DNA of 64,000 bases from Candidatus Kaiserbacteria bacterium (lineage in GTDB: Bacteria > Patescibacteriota > Minisyncoccia > Phycocordibacterales > Phycocordibacteraceae), in the NCBI GenBank assembly GCA_027451665.1, contig DAIDIW010000002.1, positions 212,254-276,253 on the forward strand, in the 5' to 3' direction. Shown here piece after piece: positions 37,556-48,389 of the stretch. Position numbers and translations under genes: made by a program. The notes under the pieces were generated by a model, which saw nothing but the letters and a program-made list of their open reading frames with translations, did not search any database and had not been told where the DNA came from. The stretch's first letter is position 1. Every line of letters starts with the position of its first letter.

Positions 37556-38401
37556 ATGGCCACCAAGATTCTCTGCATTGCCGGCCCTACCGCTTCTGGG
37601 AAGACGGCGCGCGCGGTGGCGGAGGCTCTCGCGCGCGGTGGCGAGGTCATATCCGTCGATAGCCGTCAGGTCTATCGGGGACTCGATATCGGGACTGAGA
37701 AGATCGCTCCTGCCGAGATGCGCGGGGTGCCGCATCATCTCATCGACATACGCAATCCGGGAGACCCGTACTCTGCCGGCGATTTCGTGCATGACGCCGA
37801 GCGCTGCATCCGCGATATCGTCGCGTGCAGGAAGATACCTATCCTCGCAGGTGGCACCCACTTCTATTTTGATGCGCTCTTCCACGGATTGCCTCCCGAG
37901 ACGCCCGCGAATGCGAAGCTGCGAGCCTTCCTTGAGACGCTTCCGGATGCGGACCTTTACGCGCGGATACAGCAACAGGATCCGAAGCGTGCGGCGCAGC
38001 TCGACCCAAAGAACCGACGACGCCTCATACGAGCGCTCGAGATCATTGAGCGGCACGGCAAAGTGCCGAAACGCACCGCGCTCCCGAAGCCGCCCTATGC
38101 GGCCGAATGGATCTTGCTCGAGCCGTCAGACGAGAAGCTTCGCATCGCGATTCGACATCGCCTTGAGGAAACGCTCGCGAAAGGCCTCATCGAAGAGACA
38201 CGTCGCGTGCGGACTGCGGTTGGTGACGCGCGCCTCGCTGAACTCGGCCTCGAGTATCGAATCATAGGCGAATATATCCGTGGAGAACGTAACGAGGCGA
38301 GTCTCCTTCCGGCCCTCACCTCGAAGCTCTGGCAGTACGCGCGACGCCAGAGGGCGTGGCTAAGAAAGCTGCGCGACGAGACGGTATCGTCCGGTTCCTA
38401 A
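37556..38401 (+). CDS. miaA: tRNA dimethylallyltransferase
   Basis: GPTASGKT, SVDSRQVYRGLDIGT, VPHHLID, RRLIRALE. Confidence 0.96.
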   Translation: MATKILCIAGPTASGKTARAVAEALARGGEVISVDSRQVYRGLDIGTEKIAPAEMRGVPHHLIDIRNPGDPYSAGDFVHDAERCIRDIVACRKIPILAGGTHFYFDALFHGLPPETPANAKLRAFLETLPDADLYARIQQQDPKRAAQLDPKNRRRLIRALEIIERHGKVPKRTALPKPPYAAEWILLEPSDEKLRIAIRHRLEETLAKGLIEETRRVRTAVGDARLAELGLEYRIIGEYIRGERNEASLLPALTSKLWQYARRQRAWLRKLRDETVSSGS

Positions 38402-38961
38402 TTTGGCAATTCCGTTGCGCCCGGGCAGAAGCTGAAGCCGAGGTTCGTTCCCGAATAGAATTGATTCACGTAATAGGGCGTGCCCACATAATAGTTGATC
38501 GAGCACAGCTGCGTTTGAGGGATGCCGAGCGTCTTTACGAGAAACGTCTGCGCCTCCTCTCGCACGGGACCGAGCGGTTCCTTGAGGAGAACCACGTTGA
38601 AGAACGAATCGCTCGTCGTATACGAGATTGAGAAGTCGGTCGTTGAGGCGGCCGAGGGACACGTTCCATTCGCAAGGCAATAGCCCGTCGATCCAGCGAG
38701 CAGATAGCGGCCAGGGTTCGCGGGATCCGGGACCGTGACGCCATTATGCAAGAAGTCAGTCGTCTGCGCCGTCGTCGAGCCCTGGACGGTTATCGTCGCA
38801 AGCGGGCGTGCAACGGTCGAACCTGCGACCGGAAGGCTGGGCGTCGTCGAGGTAGCGATCACAGGTGGCGTATCCTTCCCCTGGACGGCATAGGCGAGTA
38901 TCACCCCGATAAGGACGAGCATCGCGAATACTCCGAGGATGATGAGGATCGTCCGCTTCAT
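38398..38961 (-). CDS. Hypothetical membrane-anchored exported protein
   Basis: N-terminal TM, Thr-rich linker, Cys pairs; overlaps the pilin-fusion stop. Confidence 0.75.
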   Translation of the reverse strand: MKRTILIILGVFAMLVLIGVILAYAVQGKDTPPVIATSTTPSLPVAGSTVARPLATITVQGSTTAQTTDFLHNGVTVPDPANPGRYLLAGSTGYCLANGTCPSAASTTDFSISYTTSDSFFNVVLLKEPLGPVREEAQTFLVKTLGIPQTQLCSINYYVGTPYYVNQFYSGTNLGFSFCPGATELPN

Positions 38962-39908
38962 ACGCCGCATTTGCTAGCCGTAGCCCAATTCTTATAACCG
39001 CCACTATGGTCATAGAGCCACTGCGCAGCGGTGGCGTTGCAGGAGGCGTTGCTTGCGGCGGCTGCGCATGCGTTATAGAGCGTGATTTGCGTCGGATTGG
39101 GCGCGCCACCCGGGAGAACTGCCGTATGGCAGTTCAGACTGCCGCTCACCGCAAAGCCTGCGGTTTGCGCGGCCTGCGTACAGACCGGGAAATTCAAGTT
39201 ATGTCCCGCATCATTCCAGCCGAAGGTAATCTGAAAAAGGCCGGTCGCCGAGCTTCCCGGATTCTTCGCGGTGAGATTGCAGCTGCTCTCTTGCTGAGCG
39301 ATGCACGACATTGCAGTCGCGATCGAGGCGCTTATGCCGTCCGCCTGAATCGCCGCAGGCGAGCAATCTCCGGTCTGTGGCGCGAGCTGCTGCACGCCGT
39401 TCTGCGAGATGCTCGTTACGACATTCGGATTCTGGTATTGCGCCTGGTTAAGCGCAGCTGCGACGGGAAGGCACTGCGGAGCGCCTTGCGAGGAAATGAG
39501 GCTTTGCCAACGCATGCCGAATGGCTGCCCGTTGTTCGGCGTAAGCGCGACCATGATCGCGTCGACGATGAGCCACGCCGAAAGCGCCACGACGATGCCC
39601 ACAATCGTGTTTACGAGGATGCTATTAGCCTTGCGGCGATCTCCAGCGCTCGTGGGGCTCAGCACATAGAGGAAGCCCGCGTAGGCGATCGCGAGCGGCG
39701 CTATGAACACGATCGCGACCGTGAGCGCGAAGCTGATGATGTTGTTGATCACCGTTATGACCATGCCCCAATCGGCGGGACACACGTTCAGATTGTTCCC
39801 TTGCGGGATGATCGGCCCGAAGAACGGAATCGAAGCATGCGCCAGCGGCGGGAGCACGAAAGCTGCAGAGAGAACGAATATGAAGAAAGCCGACGAGCGC
39901 GAACGCAT
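38958..39908 (-). CDS. VirB2-like pilin fused to a lysozyme-like (lytic transglycosylase) domain
   Basis: Signal peptide, two TM pilin helices (IAYAGFLY...KANSILVNTIVG), then CIAQQESS...ATGLFQI...WAT. Confidence 0.78.
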   Translation of the reverse strand: MRSRSSAFFIFVLSAAFVLPPLAHASIPFFGPIIPQGNNLNVCPADWGMVITVINNIISFALTVAIVFIAPLAIAYAGFLYVLSPTSAGDRRKANSILVNTIVGIVVALSAWLIVDAIMVALTPNNGQPFGMRWQSLISSQGAPQCLPVAAALNQAQYQNPNVVTSISQNGVQQLAPQTGDCSPAAIQADGISASIATAMSCIAQQESSCNLTAKNPGSSATGLFQITFGWNDAGHNLNFPVCTQAAQTAGFAVSGSLNCHTAVLPGGAPNPTQITLYNACAAAASNASCNATAAQWLYDHSGGYKNWATASKCGV

Positions 39909-39995
39909 AGGTCCATGATACCCTCATCATGAGCTCGTGCTTGACGCTTTCCCCACCGAACGCTATCTGCTATCGTTTCCCTATCCGTGCGACAC

Positions 39996-40066
39996 GGGTC
40001 TATAGTTCAATGGTAGAACGCCGGTCTCCAAAACCGGTAATCCAGGTTCGAGTCCTGGTGGACCCG
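39996..40066 (+). tRNA. tRNA-Trp(CCA)
   Basis: gggtcta...tggacccg cloverleaf, anticodon loop ct-CCA-aa. Confidence 0.95.
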
Positions 40067-40091
40067 CCCGAAAAATGAGAATGGACTTGCA

Positions 40092-40128
40092 AAACGACAA
40101 CTGCCCGGAAGGGGCAGTTGTCGTTTTC
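40092..40128. terminator. Bidirectional intrinsic terminator
   Basis: aaaacgacaactgccc/gggcagttgtcgtttt between tRNA-Trp and rpmG. Confidence 0.8.
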
Positions 40129-40129
40129 T

Positions 40130-40285
40130 TTATTTCTTCGCCTCCTTGTAGGCGACGCGCTTGCGAATCGTCGGATCGAACTTCTGAAGCTCGATCTTAC
40201 GCGTCACGAGCTTCTTGTTCTTCCGCGTGTAGTACACGTGGTCGGACTCGGACGACTTCAGCTTGATAAGACGGTCTTGAGACAT
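40130..40285 (-). CDS. rpmG: 50S ribosomal protein L33
   Basis: IKLKSSESDHVYYTRKNKK...KFDPTIRKRVAYKE. Confidence 0.93.
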   Translation of the reverse strand: MSQDRLIKLKSSESDHVYYTRKNKKLVTRKIELQKFDPTIRKRVAYKEAKK

Positions 40286-40360
40286 AGGTAGAGCTAATAT
40301 ACCAGCCGCTGCGCCTCTCCGCAAGCACAAACGGCGGGCGGCGAATTCGAGCGGAGGACC

Positions 40361-43039
40361 TTAGGCGGCAGCCTTAGCCTGCGCGCGCGACGCTCGGTTC
40401 GCCTTCCGCTTCACGTCGAAGTATGGCTCACCATTCTTAAGCGAAACCGTCACCGTACCCCCCTCCATGACGCCATGAGCGACCATCATGGTCGCGAGTG
40501 GGGTCAGGATCGCATCCTGGATCGTACGCCGCAACGGGCGCGCGCCATACTGCGGATTGTAGCCCTTCTCTGCGAGCCACGTCTTCACATCGTCGGCGAC
40601 TGAAAGTGCAATGCGCTTCTCAGCAAGCCGCTTCACGACCTCATCCACTTGTGTATCGACGATGCGAGCGAGCGCATCCCTCGAGAGCACGTCGAAGATG
40701 ATGATGTCGTCGAGGCGGTTCAAGAACTCCGGACGGAAGTGTTCTCGCAAGGCGCCCATCACCTTGTCCTTCGTCTCTTCGTAGAGGGTCGCATCAGAGG
40801 CGCCCGCGTGGCCGAAGCCGATATTCGCCAGCCGATCGATGTACTCGCTGCCGATATTGCTCGTGAGGATCACGATCGTATTCTTGAAATTGACCTTGCG
40901 GCCCTTGCCGTCGGTCAGGTGGCCCGAGTCGAGCACTTGTAGGAGAATATTGAAGACTTCGGGATGCGCCTTCTCAATTTCGTCGAACAGGACCACCGCG
41001 TACGGGCGATGACGGATGCGTTCTGTCAACGTTCCCGATTCCTCGTAGCCCACGTAGCCGGGCGGCGCGCCGATGAGCTTCGCCACCGAATGCTTCTCCA
41101 TGAACTCCGACATGTCGACACGCACAAGCGCATCCTTATCGTTGAACATAAACTCTGCGAGCTGACGCGAAAGTTCCGTCTTTCCGACGCCCGTGGGTCC
41201 GAGAAAGAGGAAGGAGCCGATCGGGCGATTCGGATCCGAGATGCCCACACGTGATCGCTTCACCGCGTCGGTCACCTTCTTTACTGCCGCATCCTGTCCG
41301 ATGATGCCTGCTCTGAGCGCCTCCTCCATCCGGGCAAGTTTTGCCGCCTCCTCTTCGAGCATCTTCTGCACCGGAATACCCGTCCAGCGCGAGACTACCG
41401 CAGCGATGTCCTGCTCGGTCACTTCCTCGTTAAGGATTCGCCGCGATTTTTGCAGCGTCTTGAGGCGCTTGAGCTTCGTTTCGAGATCCTTCTGGATGCT
41501 CGGGATGCGGCCGTAACGTATCTCAGCTGCGGTGCCGAGATCGGCAGTCGCCTCGGCGTTGTCGGCCTGGACCTTGAGCTCTTCGAGCTCCTTCTTCGCG
41601 CTGCGGATGCCCTCGAGCACCTCCCTCTCATTCTTCCACTTGAGTTCGAGCTCGGAGGTCTTCTCACGGAGATCGGCTATCTCTGCATCGATATCCTTGA
41701 TGCGCTCCCGTATCTGCTTCGAGTCCTCGCCGTCCTTATCCTTCTCGAGCGCCTGTTTCTCGATTTCGAGTCGGCGGATGCGACGATCGGTCTCCTCAAG
41801 GAGCGGCGGTTTGTTCTCGAGCGCGATGCGTAAGCCAGAAGCGGCTTCGTCAATGAGGTCGATTGCCTTATCAGGAAGATACCGATCGCTTATATACCGG
41901 GAAGAAAGCTCTACCGCAGCAACGATCGCGCCGTCGGTAATGCGCACGCCATGGAAAAGCTCGTATCGGTCGCGCAATCCGCGCAAAATCGCGATGCCGT
42001 CTTCGATCGAGGGTTCGTTCACGAAGACCGGCTGGAACCGGCGCGTGAGTGCGGCGTCCTTTTCAATATGCTTCTGGTATTCCTTGAGCGTCGTCGCGCC
42101 GATCATGCGAAGCTCGCCGCGCGCGAGCGCCGGCTTCAGCATGTTCGAGGCATCCATCGCGCCATCGGCCGCTCCGGCGCCCACGAGCGTATGCAGCTCG
42201 TCAATGAAGAGGATCACCTTCCCCTCGGAGCGTTCGACCTCCTTCATGACATTCTTCATGCGCTCTTCGAATTCGCCGCGATATTTGGTACCGGCGATCA
42301 TGAGCCCCAGATCGAGTGAAAGCAGCTCCTTCCCTTTGATCGATTCGGGGACATCACCTGCCGCCATGCGTCCGGCAAGTCCCTCCGCGATTGCGGTCTT
42401 GCCGACGCCCGCCTCGCCGATGAGTACCGGGTTATTCTTCGTACGACGCGCGAGTATCTGTATGACACGATTTATCTCCGCATCCCGTCCGATGACCGGA
42501 TCTAGCTTGTTCTCATGCGCAAGTCGCGTGAGATTGCGGGCATATTTTGCAAGCGCGCGGAAACGCTTCGGTTCCGCATCACCGCCCTCTTTCGCGCTCT
42601 TGAGCTCTTTGAGTATCGCGCCCGCATTCTCGCGGGTGATCGAGAAGCGCGCAAGAATATCCGCGGCCGGTCCGGGGTGTTCGATCACCGCAAGGAAGAG
42701 GTGCTCGGTGCCTACGAACGAATCGTTCATACGGGCCGCTATCTTTCCCGCTGCTTCAAGCGCCTGCGCAAGATCCGGCGTCAGGTAGATCTGATACGAG
42801 GGCGAGAGCGTCGCGGTCGACTCCGGTGATTCGAGATGTTCGAGTACCATGTCTGCTAGCATGATCGTGTCTATCTCCATGCGATCAAGAATCGAGAACA
42901 CCAGTGATTCTTCCTGGAGAACGAGCGCAGCCAACAGATGCAGCGGCGACACATGGTTCTGGCCGCGCTCGATCGCAAGCTCATGCGCGCGGCGCACTGC
43001 TTCTTTAGCTTTCGTAGTGAAATTGGTAAATGGAGGCAT
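40361..43039 (-). CDS. clpB: ATP-dependent chaperone ClpB
   Basis: Two AAA+ modules ([16 protein letters not shown]) with long middle coiled coil. Confidence 0.95.
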   Translation of the reverse strand: MPPFTNFTTKAKEAVRRAHELAIERGQNHVSPLHLLAALVLQEESLVFSILDRMEIDTIMLADMVLEHLESPESTATLSPSYQIYLTPDLAQALEAAGKIAARMNDSFVGTEHLFLAVIEHPGPAADILARFSITRENAGAILKELKSAKEGGDAEPKRFRALAKYARNLTRLAHENKLDPVIGRDAEINRVIQILARRTKNNPVLIGEAGVGKTAIAEGLAGRMAAGDVPESIKGKELLSLDLGLMIAGTKYRGEFEERMKNVMKEVERSEGKVILFIDELHTLVGAGAADGAMDASNMLKPALARGELRMIGATTLKEYQKHIEKDAALTRRFQPVFVNEPSIEDGIAILRGLRDRYELFHGVRITDGAIVAAVELSSRYISDRYLPDKAIDLIDEAASGLRIALENKPPLLEETDRRIRRLEIEKQALEKDKDGEDSKQIRERIKDIDAEIADLREKTSELELKWKNEREVLEGIRSAKKELEELKVQADNAEATADLGTAAEIRYGRIPSIQKDLETKLKRLKTLQKSRRILNEEVTEQDIAAVVSRWTGIPVQKMLEEEAAKLARMEEALRAGIIGQDAAVKKVTDAVKRSRVGISDPNRPIGSFLFLGPTGVGKTELSRQLAEFMFNDKDALVRVDMSEFMEKHSVAKLIGAPPGYVGYEESGTLTERIRHRPYAVVLFDEIEKAHPEVFNILLQVLDSGHLTDGKGRKVNFKNTIVILTSNIGSEYIDRLANIGFGHAGASDATLYEETKDKVMGALREHFRPEFLNRLDDIIIFDVLSRDALARIVDTQVDEVVKRLAEKRIALSVADDVKTWLAEKGYNPQYGARPLRRTIQDAILTPLATMMVAHGVMEGGTVTVSLKNGEPYFDVKRKANRASRAQAKAAA

Positions 43040-43159
43040 AGAGATATATGGTACGGCCTATCATCGGCCCGAGCAAATAGCGGATAAGACCGCCGATCCG
43101 CAAAATCGCAGTCCCGCTATGCACTGAATGGGCGCATAGCGCGCCATTCACACTAGCTA

Positions 43160-43945
43160 TTACGCATGCGGCGTTGTCGATGTTCCTATCGCGGGCGTCG
43201 AAGTGGAGTTCAGAAGCTTCGTGATCGTGTCGGAGGGGAACAGAAGACCTGGCGTCGCGCCCTGCGCGATCCCGATGAGGTTCCCGGAGAGATCGACGAC
43301 GGCGCTCCCCGCGCCAATATCCGGCAGCGTCGTGTAGACGCTTTTGCTATCAACGCGCGCGACGATGCCCGTCGATGCGGCGCCGTCCGCACCAATGGCA
43401 AGCGCCGTCTCACCGAGCTTGAGCGACGCGGCACTCACGAGCTTCGGTGGATTCGCCTTCGGGAGCTTCGCGCCGTTTGCAAACCCGTAAATGGCAATGC
43501 CGTCCCCTTCATGAGAAAGCGAGGCAGGCGCGGAGGAGTCGTCGGCGAAACGCACCACGATCTCGAGCGGCAGCGAGTCCTTTGCGGCGGTCACAATCGC
43601 TTCTGCAGACGGAAGATAGGTACCGACTGCGAGCGCGGGTGTCGAGGTGCCCGCGGAGGCCGGATAGAGCGCGACGACACGCGCGGCGTCAGCGCCGATT
43701 GCCTCGGTCACAAGATCCTGGTTCGACGGCGCAGGCGCGCTCGCGGCAGCCGCGGGCTGCGCGGGCGTCGCCTGCGTGACCGTCTCAATCGTGTGCTCGA
43801 CGACGCGATTCACCGTCTGGGTGACAAAAGGCGGTGCCTGGTCGAGGAGCGAGACCGTGATAATGCCGGTAGCGACCGAAGTCACGAAGTTCACGAGGAT
43901 GGTGAGCAGGATGAGCTGCGATTTGGAGAGTTCCTCGATATTCAT
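43160..43945 (-). CDS. Membrane-anchored degenerate trypsin-like (HtrA-like) protein
   Basis: LKLGETALAIG, STGIVA, GSAVVDLSGNLIGI resemble the HtrA protease fold; catalytic GNSGG absent. Confidence 0.65.
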   Translation of the reverse strand: MNIEELSKSQLILLTILVNFVTSVATGIITVSLLDQAPPFVTQTVNRVVEHTIETVTQATPAQPAAAASAPAPSNQDLVTEAIGADAARVVALYPASAGTSTPALAVGTYLPSAEAIVTAAKDSLPLEIVVRFADDSSAPASLSHEGDGIAIYGFANGAKLPKANPPKLVSAASLKLGETALAIGADGAASTGIVARVDSKSVYTTLPDIGAGSAVVDLSGNLIGIAQGATPGLLFPSDTITKLLNSTSTPAIGTSTTPHA

Positions 43946-43957
43946 GAGGATATATTG

Positions 43958-45076
43958 CTACGTAAGCCGATGCGCGTCAATGAACGCGACTGCCTCGCGG
44001 AGCGCACGCGAAAATCGCAGGAGCCCCCGCCGAGTCGTCGCGCCTCCCCAGGAGATTCGAAGGGTGGCACGAGCGCGCTCGGTGTCTCCGGTAAGCGCGA
44101 AGACTGCGCGAGAGCCCTCGTCCGAGTCCGTCTCACAGGCGCTGCGGGTCGAGACGGCAAATCCTGCCGCATCGAGAAGCATTGCGAGATAATCGGTATC
44201 GCGTCCCGTGAGCGATATGTTCAGGATCTGCGGCGCCTGCGTACGGCCCTCATTCACCGCAAGGCCTTCGATTCCATCCATAGCCGACACGAGAGCTGCG
44301 CGCTCGCGCGACGCCGTTTCGCGGAAGCGCTCACGGCGGGATACTGCTTTCTGAAGTGCTCGCGCGAAGGTTGCTTGCGCGCTCACGTTCGGCGTCCCAC
44401 TCATGAGCGTACGCTCCTGCCCGCCGCCGCCATAGAGCGACGTAAGCGGGATCGTGCGATGCGCAATGAGACATCCCGCGCCCGGAACTCCGAGCTTGCC
44501 TCCGTCGAACACGAGAAGATCAGCGCCATAGTGACTCATCTCGAGCTTCTCCGTAAACGGCGCCTGGCTCGCGTCCACGTGCAACAGCGGACGACGATCG
44601 TTCGCTTGGATGCGGTGCCCCTCAAGCATCGTTCGCACTGCCCGCGTATTCCACACGACGCCCGTCTCCCCGCAAACCGCTTCAAGCGAGACGAGCACCG
44701 TATCGTCGGTCAACTGCGCTTCGAGCCGTTCAAGGTCGATGCTCCCGTCCTTCAACACGAGCGGCTCGACTGCGACGCCCTCGCGCTCGAGTAGCCGCAC
44801 ATTCTCCACGATCGAGGCGTGTGCGCCAGGGTGATAGAGCACGTGCCGCTTCCCTTCGCGCGCACGGACGGTGCCGAGGATCGCGAGCGCGTTCGCGGGA
44901 GTGGCGCCAGACGTGAAGACCACATCGTCGGCCTTACACTCGACGAGACGCGCGATCGCGGTCCGCGCCGCTTCGAGGCGTTCGCGCGCCGCACGGCCCT
45001 CGGCGTGTGGCGACGACGGATTCGGCTCCATTCCGGCCGCAACGTCGAGATACATCCTATGCGCAAAGAAGCTCAT
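43958..45076 (-). CDS. Cysteine desulfurase family (aminotransferase class V)
   Basis: NPSSPH, VFTSGAT, HVDASQ, GGGQE, STRSACET. Confidence 0.88.
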   Translation of the reverse strand: MSFFAHRMYLDVAAGMEPNPSSPHAEGRAARERLEAARTAIARLVECKADDVVFTSGATPANALAILGTVRAREGKRHVLYHPGAHASIVENVRLLEREGVAVEPLVLKDGSIDLERLEAQLTDDTVLVSLEAVCGETGVVWNTRAVRTMLEGHRIQANDRRPLLHVDASQAPFTEKLEMSHYGADLLVFDGGKLGVPGAGCLIAHRTIPLTSLYGGGGQERTLMSGTPNVSAQATFARALQKAVSRRERFRETASRERAALVSAMDGIEGLAVNEGRTQAPQILNISLTGRDTDYLAMLLDAAGFAVSTRSACETDSDEGSRAVFALTGDTERARATLRISWGGATTRRGLLRFSRALREAVAFIDAHRLT

Positions 45077-45158
45077 ACGACCGTTGTAACGCATGACGCC
45101 CATATACGCTAGACGAGACTTTGCGGAAAGTCATTTTTCATGATGAAATGAGGCCACT

Positions 45159-46631
45159 ATGGCGAAGTCCGCACGGCCGCCCGTCATCGCGGTGATGGGT
45201 CATATAGACCATGGCAAGTCCTCGCTTCTGGATTACATCCGGAAGGAGAATGTCGTCGACGGCGAGGTCGGAGGCATCACTCAACACGTTGCCGCCTATA
45301 TCGCGGAACATAACGGCCGCCACATCACCTTCCTCGATACGCCGGGACACGAAGCGTTCAAGACCCTCAGGAGCCGCGGCGCAGCCGCCGCAGACATCGC
45401 GATTCTCGTCGTCGCGGCAGACGAAGGCGTCATGCCCCAGACGCTCGATGCGCTCGCGGCCATAACGGAATCGAGCATCCCCTACCTCGTCGCTATCACG
45501 AAGATCGATAAGAACAATGCGGACATCGAGCGCGCGAAGAACTCCATGCTCGAGCACGGCATCTATCTCGAAGGACTCGGCGGCGATATCGCCTATGCCC
45601 CCATCTCCTCGAAGACCGGAGAGGGTATCCCCGAGCTCCTCGACCTCGTCCTGCTCGCGTCGGATATCGCGGAACCGTTGGCGGATGCTGCGGCAGCTGC
45701 GTCGGGCTTCGTACTCGAATCTTCCATGGATCCGAAACGCGGCGCCTCCGCCACGCTCATCGTGAAGGATGGGACGCTCTCGCAGGGCGACTTCGTCGTG
45801 GCTGGCGGCGCGTTCGCACCGGTGCGATACATCGAGAACTTCCGCGGCGAGCGCGTCGATTCCGTGGGCCCGTCGGCGCCCGCGCGCATCGCCGGATTCA
45901 GTGCGCTTCCGGAGGCGGGTGCGATATTCACGGTCGAGAAGACGAAGAAGCTCGCCGAAGCGGCAGCCCAGCGCAATGCGCAGCTCGCGAAGTCTGTGGC
46001 CGCCCAGGCTACAGCAACGCCCGAGGGTGCAGCCGAACTCCCGCTCATCGTGAAGGCCGATGTCGCAGGCTCCGTGGACGCGATACTCCATGAGCTCGCG
46101 AAGATTACTCACGAGCGCGCTTCGATCCGCATCGTAGCTACCGGCGTCGGCAGCGTTTCCGAGAACGATGTGAAGACCGCGTATGCTTCGGGCGCCACGA
46201 TTATCGGTTTCAACGTCGGTACTGAACCGCTTGCCCGCGATCTCGCCGATCGCGATCATGTTGCGGTGCGTACCTTCAGCATTATTTATGAGCTTTCACA
46301 GGAGGTCGTGAACCTCCTCACGGCCGCTGCGCCCGAGATCGATGTCGAACAGGAGCTTGGACGCGCGAAAGTCTTAAAGACCTTCTCCTCCGGCTCGAAG
46401 AAACAGGTGCTGGGCGCACGGCTCGTCTCGGGCGGATTCACACTCGGTGCAAAGATGAAAGTACTTCGCGGGGATGCCGAGATAACCCGCGGCTCAATCA
46501 CGAACCTTCAGCAGGCGCGCGCGGACGTGAAAGAGATCCGCACCGAAGGCGAGTTCGGGCTCGAGATCGAGGCGAGAGAAGATGCTCACCCGGGCGACTT
46601 CCTTGTGACGTTCACTGTCGTAAAAGCATGA
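45159..46631 (+). CDS. infB: Translation initiation factor IF-2 (short, no N-terminal domain)
   Basis: [30 protein letters not shown]. Confidence 0.96.
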   Translation: MAKSARPPVIAVMGHIDHGKSSLLDYIRKENVVDGEVGGITQHVAAYIAEHNGRHITFLDTPGHEAFKTLRSRGAAAADIAILVVAADEGVMPQTLDALAAITESSIPYLVAITKIDKNNADIERAKNSMLEHGIYLEGLGGDIAYAPISSKTGEGIPELLDLVLLASDIAEPLADAAAAASGFVLESSMDPKRGASATLIVKDGTLSQGDFVVAGGAFAPVRYIENFRGERVDSVGPSAPARIAGFSALPEAGAIFTVEKTKKLAEAAAQRNAQLAKSVAAQATATPEGAAELPLIVKADVAGSVDAILHELAKITHERASIRIVATGVGSVSENDVKTAYASGATIIGFNVGTEPLARDLADRDHVAVRTFSIIYELSQEVVNLLTAAAPEIDVEQELGRAKVLKTFSSGSKKQVLGARLVSGGFTLGAKMKVLRGDAEITRGSITNLQQARADVKEIRTEGEFGLEIEAREDAHPGDFLVTFTVVKA

Positions 46632-46951
46632 GCCTCCACACCGAACGAGCGGCACACGTCATCAGCCGGGCGGCGGCTGAGTTCATCGAACGCAACGCGG
46701 GGCGTGATTCGCTCATCACCGTAACCAGAGCCGTGCCGAACGCCCATGGCGACACCTACACGGTGTTTGTCTCTGTTCTCCCGGACGATAAGATTCGCCC
46801 TGCACTCGCCTTTCTCGAACGGCAGCGTGAAGAATTCTCCGAATACTTGAAAAGACACGCACGATTACGCCCCATGCCGCGTATCGACTTCACGCTCGAC
46901 GAGGGCGAGAAGAATCGGCAGCGCTTAGACGAACTTTCAAACGAGGTATAG
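46628..46951 (+). CDS. rbfA: Ribosome-binding factor A
   Basis: Follows infB; LITVTR, RPMPRIDFTLD. Confidence 0.85.
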   Translation: MSLHTERAAHVISRAAAEFIERNAGRDSLITVTRAVPNAHGDTYTVFVSVLPDDKIRPALAFLERQREEFSEYLKRHARLRPMPRIDFTLDEGEKNRQRLDELSNEV

Positions 46952-46966
46952 TAGAATCGGTTGAAC

Positions 46967-47041
46967 GGCCTGATGGTGAAGTGGTAACACGACGGTCTGC
47001 AAAACCGTTATGCGCGGGTCCGATTCCCGCTCAGGCCTCCA
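46967..47041 (+). tRNA. tRNA-Cys(GCA)
   Basis: ggcctga...tcaggcctcca, anticodon GCA, encoded CCA. Confidence 0.92.
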
Positions 47042-47065
47042 GAGTCCATCCGACTCATGTTCCTT

Positions 47066-47154
47066 GCCGAGGTGATGGAATGGTAGACATACAGGACTTA
47101 AAATCCTGAGAGGGCCTAAAAATCCTCATGTGGGTTCGAGTCCCACCCTCGGTA
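47066..47154 (+). tRNA. tRNA-Leu(TAA)
   Basis: gccgagg...cctcggta, anticodon TAA, long variable arm. Confidence 0.92.
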
Positions 47155-47176
47155 CTCGTGCTACGATGGAGCGACT

Positions 47177-48013
47177 ATGGAACCCATGGTCTGGCTGAAC
47201 GGATCGCTCAAACCGCTTTCGGAGGCGACGATCGGCGTCTACGACCTCTCGCTTTTACGCGGCTACGGTATCTATGAAGGGCTCGCTGCGCATGACGGAG
47301 AACCCTTCCGCTTCCACGATCACTGGCAACGCTTCGGCCGCTCCGCCGCAACGCTCGATCTCGCGCTTCCCTATGCCGAAGGTGAGGTGCTCCTCGCCAT
47401 GCGCGACGTCGTTCGCGCGAACGCGCCGCACGGACGAGCGACGATCCGCATGATTCTCACCGGCGGTACCGCCGAGGGCGGTATCGTGCACGTACGCGGA
47501 CGCGAGGTGCTCTACCTGCTTGCCGAGCCCATGGCACCCTATCCTGCACCCTGGTATGAACAGGGTGCGCGCGCAATCACGCATGAGCACAGGCGCGTCT
47601 TGCCGGAGTTCAAGACTATCGACTATATCGCCGCGGTCAGATTACAACCAAAGCTCAGGGAGACGGGCGCGGCGGAAGCAATCTACGTCTCGGAAGGATG
47701 CGCGCTCGAATGCACGGGGAGCAACTTGTTCGCTGTGAAGGACGAGGTCATCATTACGCCGGCAGAGGGAATGCTTCACGGCATCACAAGAAACGTCACG
47801 CTCGAGCTCGCGCGCGCCGCCGGCATGAAGGTTGAAGAGCGCACGCTGCCCCTCTCGGAGCTGCTCTCCTCCGACGAGGCGTTTATCACCTCTTCATTCA
47901 AGGACATCGTTCCCCTCGCCTCGGTGGACGATACGCCCATACCGTCTCCGGGACCGATCACGAGGAATCTCATGGCGCGATTTGCGCAGTACGCAAATGG
48001 TTTCAGAAACTGA
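47177..48013 (+). CDS. Aminotransferase class IV (D-amino acid / branched-chain type)
   Basis: RGYGIYEG, ECTGSNLF, LHGITR, DEAFITSS. Confidence 0.92.
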   Translation: MEPMVWLNGSLKPLSEATIGVYDLSLLRGYGIYEGLAAHDGEPFRFHDHWQRFGRSAATLDLALPYAEGEVLLAMRDVVRANAPHGRATIRMILTGGTAEGGIVHVRGREVLYLLAEPMAPYPAPWYEQGARAITHEHRRVLPEFKTIDYIAAVRLQPKLRETGAAEAIYVSEGCALECTGSNLFAVKDEVIITPAEGMLHGITRNVTLELARAAGMKVEERTLPLSELLSSDEAFITSSFKDIVPLASVDDTPIPSPGPITRNLMARFAQYANGFRN

Positions 48014-48065
48014 TCGTTCAGCAAAATGCGGAAGCGTCTGAAAGCGCATCCGCATTTTCTCTCAG

Positions 48066-48138
48066 TGCGCCCAGTAGGATTCGAACCTACGACCAGCCGA
48101 TTAAGAGTCGGATGCTCTACCAACTGAGCTATGGGCGC
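48066..48138 (-). tRNA. tRNA-Lys(CTT)
   Basis: Reverse complement gcgcccatagctcagttggtagagc...ct-CTT-aa...ggttcgaatcc. Confidence 0.95.
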
Positions 48139-48201
48139 GTAGCCAAAATATAGCAGAATAGAGTATTGTTTCAACACGTAGGTCCTTCAGGGCCTGGATA
48201 T

Positions 48202-48283
48202 GCGCGGGTGGCGAAATTGGTAGACGCACTAGCCTTAGGAGCTAGCGCCGCAAGGCATGGAGGTTCGAGTCCTCTCCCGCGCA
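48202..48283 (+). tRNA. tRNA-Leu(TAG)
   Basis: gcgcggg...cccgcgca, anticodon TAG, long variable arm. Confidence 0.94.
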
Positions 48284-48389
48284 CCCGCTACCGATGTATG
48301 CCGCGCGCTGACGCGCGGCATACGATACTTGACATTATGTATATCTCATGTAGTATGCTTATCCAGGAAACCGAACCTTGAGGTACGAA

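Noticed and set aside
45159-46631. Short IF2 (also 4-domain S1 and Rel without ACT domain) as truncated pseudogenes
   Set aside because: Reading frames are intact; domain reduction is expected in CPR genomes
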